A stretch of 64,000 bases of DNA from an uncultured Bacteroides sp. (GTDB taxonomy: Bacteria; Bacteroidota; Bacteroidia; Bacteroidales; Bacteroidaceae): positions 237 to 64,236 of the forward strand of contig USLU01000022.1 in NCBI GenBank assembly GCA_900555635.1, given 5' to 3'. Of the stretch, positions 62,396 to 64,000 are shown piece after piece. A model generated the notes under the pieces. That model made no database searches. It was not told the DNA's origin and saw only the letters and a program-made list of their open reading frames with translations. Position 1 is the stretch's first letter, and the number at the start of each line of letters is the position of its first letter. The position numbers and the translations under genes were made by a program.

Positions 62396-64000
62396 ATGAT
62401 ACTACTATTTAATATTGAGTACCGCACCAGTTGGGGCGAAGAAGTCAGGGTATCGGGCTCCATTCCCGAACTTGGCAATAACCAGTCCGACAAAGCCACT
62501 CCCCTGCATACCGTAGATGGAATCCATTGGACAGCAGAAGTGGACATACAAATGCCGGAAAATGGAATCATACATTACAGTTACCACATCTATCGCGACG
62601 GAAAATCCATACGCACAGAATGGAATAGTTTTCCGCGCACCCTATACGTAGCAGATAATCCTAAAAAGAGCTATCGTATAGAAGATTGCTGGAAAAACTT
62701 ACCTGAACAACAGTATTTCTACACTTCAGCTTTTACTGAATCTTTACTGGCCCATCACGAGCGCAGTGCTGCTCCTAAAAGCTACAAGAAAGGCTTATCA
62801 ATAAAGGCCTATGCACCTTGCATTGACAATGATCATTGCCTGGCCATATGTGGAAATCAAAAAGTATTGGGCGATTGGAATCCCGAAAAAGCGGTTTTGA
62901 TGAGTGATGTTGATTTTCCCGAATGGCAAGTAGAATTGGACGCTGCCAAAATCAATTTCCCATTGGAATATAAATTCGTTCTTTATAATAAGAAAGAAAA
63001 ACGCACCGTAGCATGGGAAAATAATCCCAATCGCTATATGGCAGACCCGCAAATAGGTTCTAATGAAACATTGGTCATAGGCGACCGTTATGTTTACTTT
63101 GACCTTCCAAATTGGAAAGGTTCCGGTGTAGCAGTTCCCATATTCTCCTTGCGTTCTGAAAAGAGCTTTGGCGTAGGCGACTTTGGCGACCTGAAACAGT
63201 TGATAGACTGGGCAGCAGCCACTCATCAAAAAGCCGTTCAGATTCTTCCGGTCAACGATACAACCATGACGCATTCATGGACTGATTCTTATCCTTACAA
63301 CAGCATCTCCATTTATGCTTTCCACCCGATGTATACCGACCTGAAACAGTTGGGGACCCTGAAGGATAAAAAACTGATGGCAGACTTCAACAAGCGACAG
63401 AAAGAGTTGAATACCTTGCCTACCGTAGATTACGAAGCAGTAAATCAGACCAAGTGGGAGTACTTCCATCTTATCTTTAAACAAGAAGGAGAAAAGGTGC
63501 TGGCATCCGATGCTTTTCACGATTTCTTTGAAGCAAACAAGGAATGGCTACAACCTTACGCTGTTTTCAGCTATCTACGCGATGCCTACAAGACGCCGAA
63601 TTTCCGCGAATGGCCTAAATATACGACTTATAATGCTCAGGAGATAGAAAAACTTTGTCAACCCGACTCTGCCGACTATCCGCACATCGCAATTTACTAT
63701 TACATCCAATTCAACCTCCACTTGCAGTTGCTTGCCGCTACTGAGCATGCACGTGCCAATGGTGTAGTCCTGAAAGGTGATATACCTATCGGTATCAGCC
63801 GTAATAGTGTAGAAGCATGGAAAGAACCGCATTATTTCAACCTGAATGGACAGGCCGGTGCACCACCCGATGATTTCTCTGTAAACGGCCAGAACTGGGG
63901 ATTCCCGACCTACAATTGGGACGTAATGGAGAAAGATGGTTATGCCTGGTGGATGAAGCGTTTCCGCAAAATGTCCGAATACTTCGATGCTTATCGCATT
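62396..64000 (+). CDS. malQ: 4-alpha-glucanotransferase (GH77 with N-terminal CBM20 domains), runs off the window end
   Basis: Absent from the ORF track because it has no stop in the window; reads MILLFNIEYRTSWGEEV..., GSGVAVPIFSLRS...GVGDFGDL, QILPVNDT, LKGDIPIG, GAPPDDFSVNGQNWGFPTYNW. Confidence 0.93.
   Translation, partial: MILLFNIEYRTSWGEEVRVSGSIPELGNNQSDKATPLHTVDGIHWTAEVDIQMPENGIIHYSYHIYRDGKSIRTEWNSFPRTLYVADNPKKSYRIEDCWKNLPEQQYFYTSAFTESLLAHHERSAAPKSYKKGLSIKAYAPCIDNDHCLAICGNQKVLGDWNPEKAVLMSDVDFPEWQVELDAAKINFPLEYKFVLYNKKEKRTVAWENNPNRYMADPQIGSNETLVIGDRYVYFDLPNWKGSGVAVPIFSLRSEKSFGVGDFGDLKQLIDWAAATHQKAVQILPVNDTTMTHSWTDSYPYNSISIYAFHPMYTDLKQLGTLKDKKLMADFNKRQKELNTLPTVDYEAVNQTKWEYFHLIFKQEGEKVLASDAFHDFFEANKEWLQPYAVFSYLRDAYKTPNFREWPKYTTYNAQEIEKLCQPDSADYPHIAIYYYIQFNLHLQLLAATEHARANGVVLKGDIPIGISRNSVEAWKEPHYFNLNGQAGAPPDDFSVNGQNWGFPTYNWDVMEKDGYAWWMKRFRKMSEYFDAYRI

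Overview
Bacteroides-type chromosomal DNA, judged from TAnnTTTG promoters, a SusC/SusD pair and a hybrid two-component sensor (HTCS). The window has four blocks. (1) 47-27611: a heparin/heparan-sulfate polysaccharide utilisation locus (PUL) with PL21, PL12 and PL13 heparinases, GH88, two Ser-type sulfatases, a Tat-lipoprotein metallohydrolase, ROK kinase, MFS transporter, SusC/D, HTCS, an apparently exported KdgF-type cupin, a lipoprotein mutarotase and an unknown 632-aa secreted protein. A 20-bp-period direct repeat sits 67-69 bp upstream of the -7 box of three PUL promoters. (2) 27617-43205: housekeeping genes (MATE, lysS, gpsA, pgi, HAD, tRNA-Arg(CCG), asnA, ung, LptD-like, HD protein) and an ArnT/GtrA/GtrB-like cluster. 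(3) 43305-53594: a ~10.3-kb integrative mobilisable element (tyrosine integrase, HTH/excisionase, AAA ATPase, primase, oriT, MobV relaxase). It is inserted in the 3' end of a bile-acid:sodium-symporter-like gene, which it repairs with a synonymously recoded tail. Its cargo is a methyltransferase plus a GNAT/Cys-rich fusion, and a tightly coupled, AT-rich three-gene operon of unknown function, which is the best candidate for an undescribed system. (4) 53530-64000: transporter, amidase, MlaD, dnaA, nitroreductase, nrdJ and the start of malQ. All family calls are by recognition from sequence; no database searches were run.
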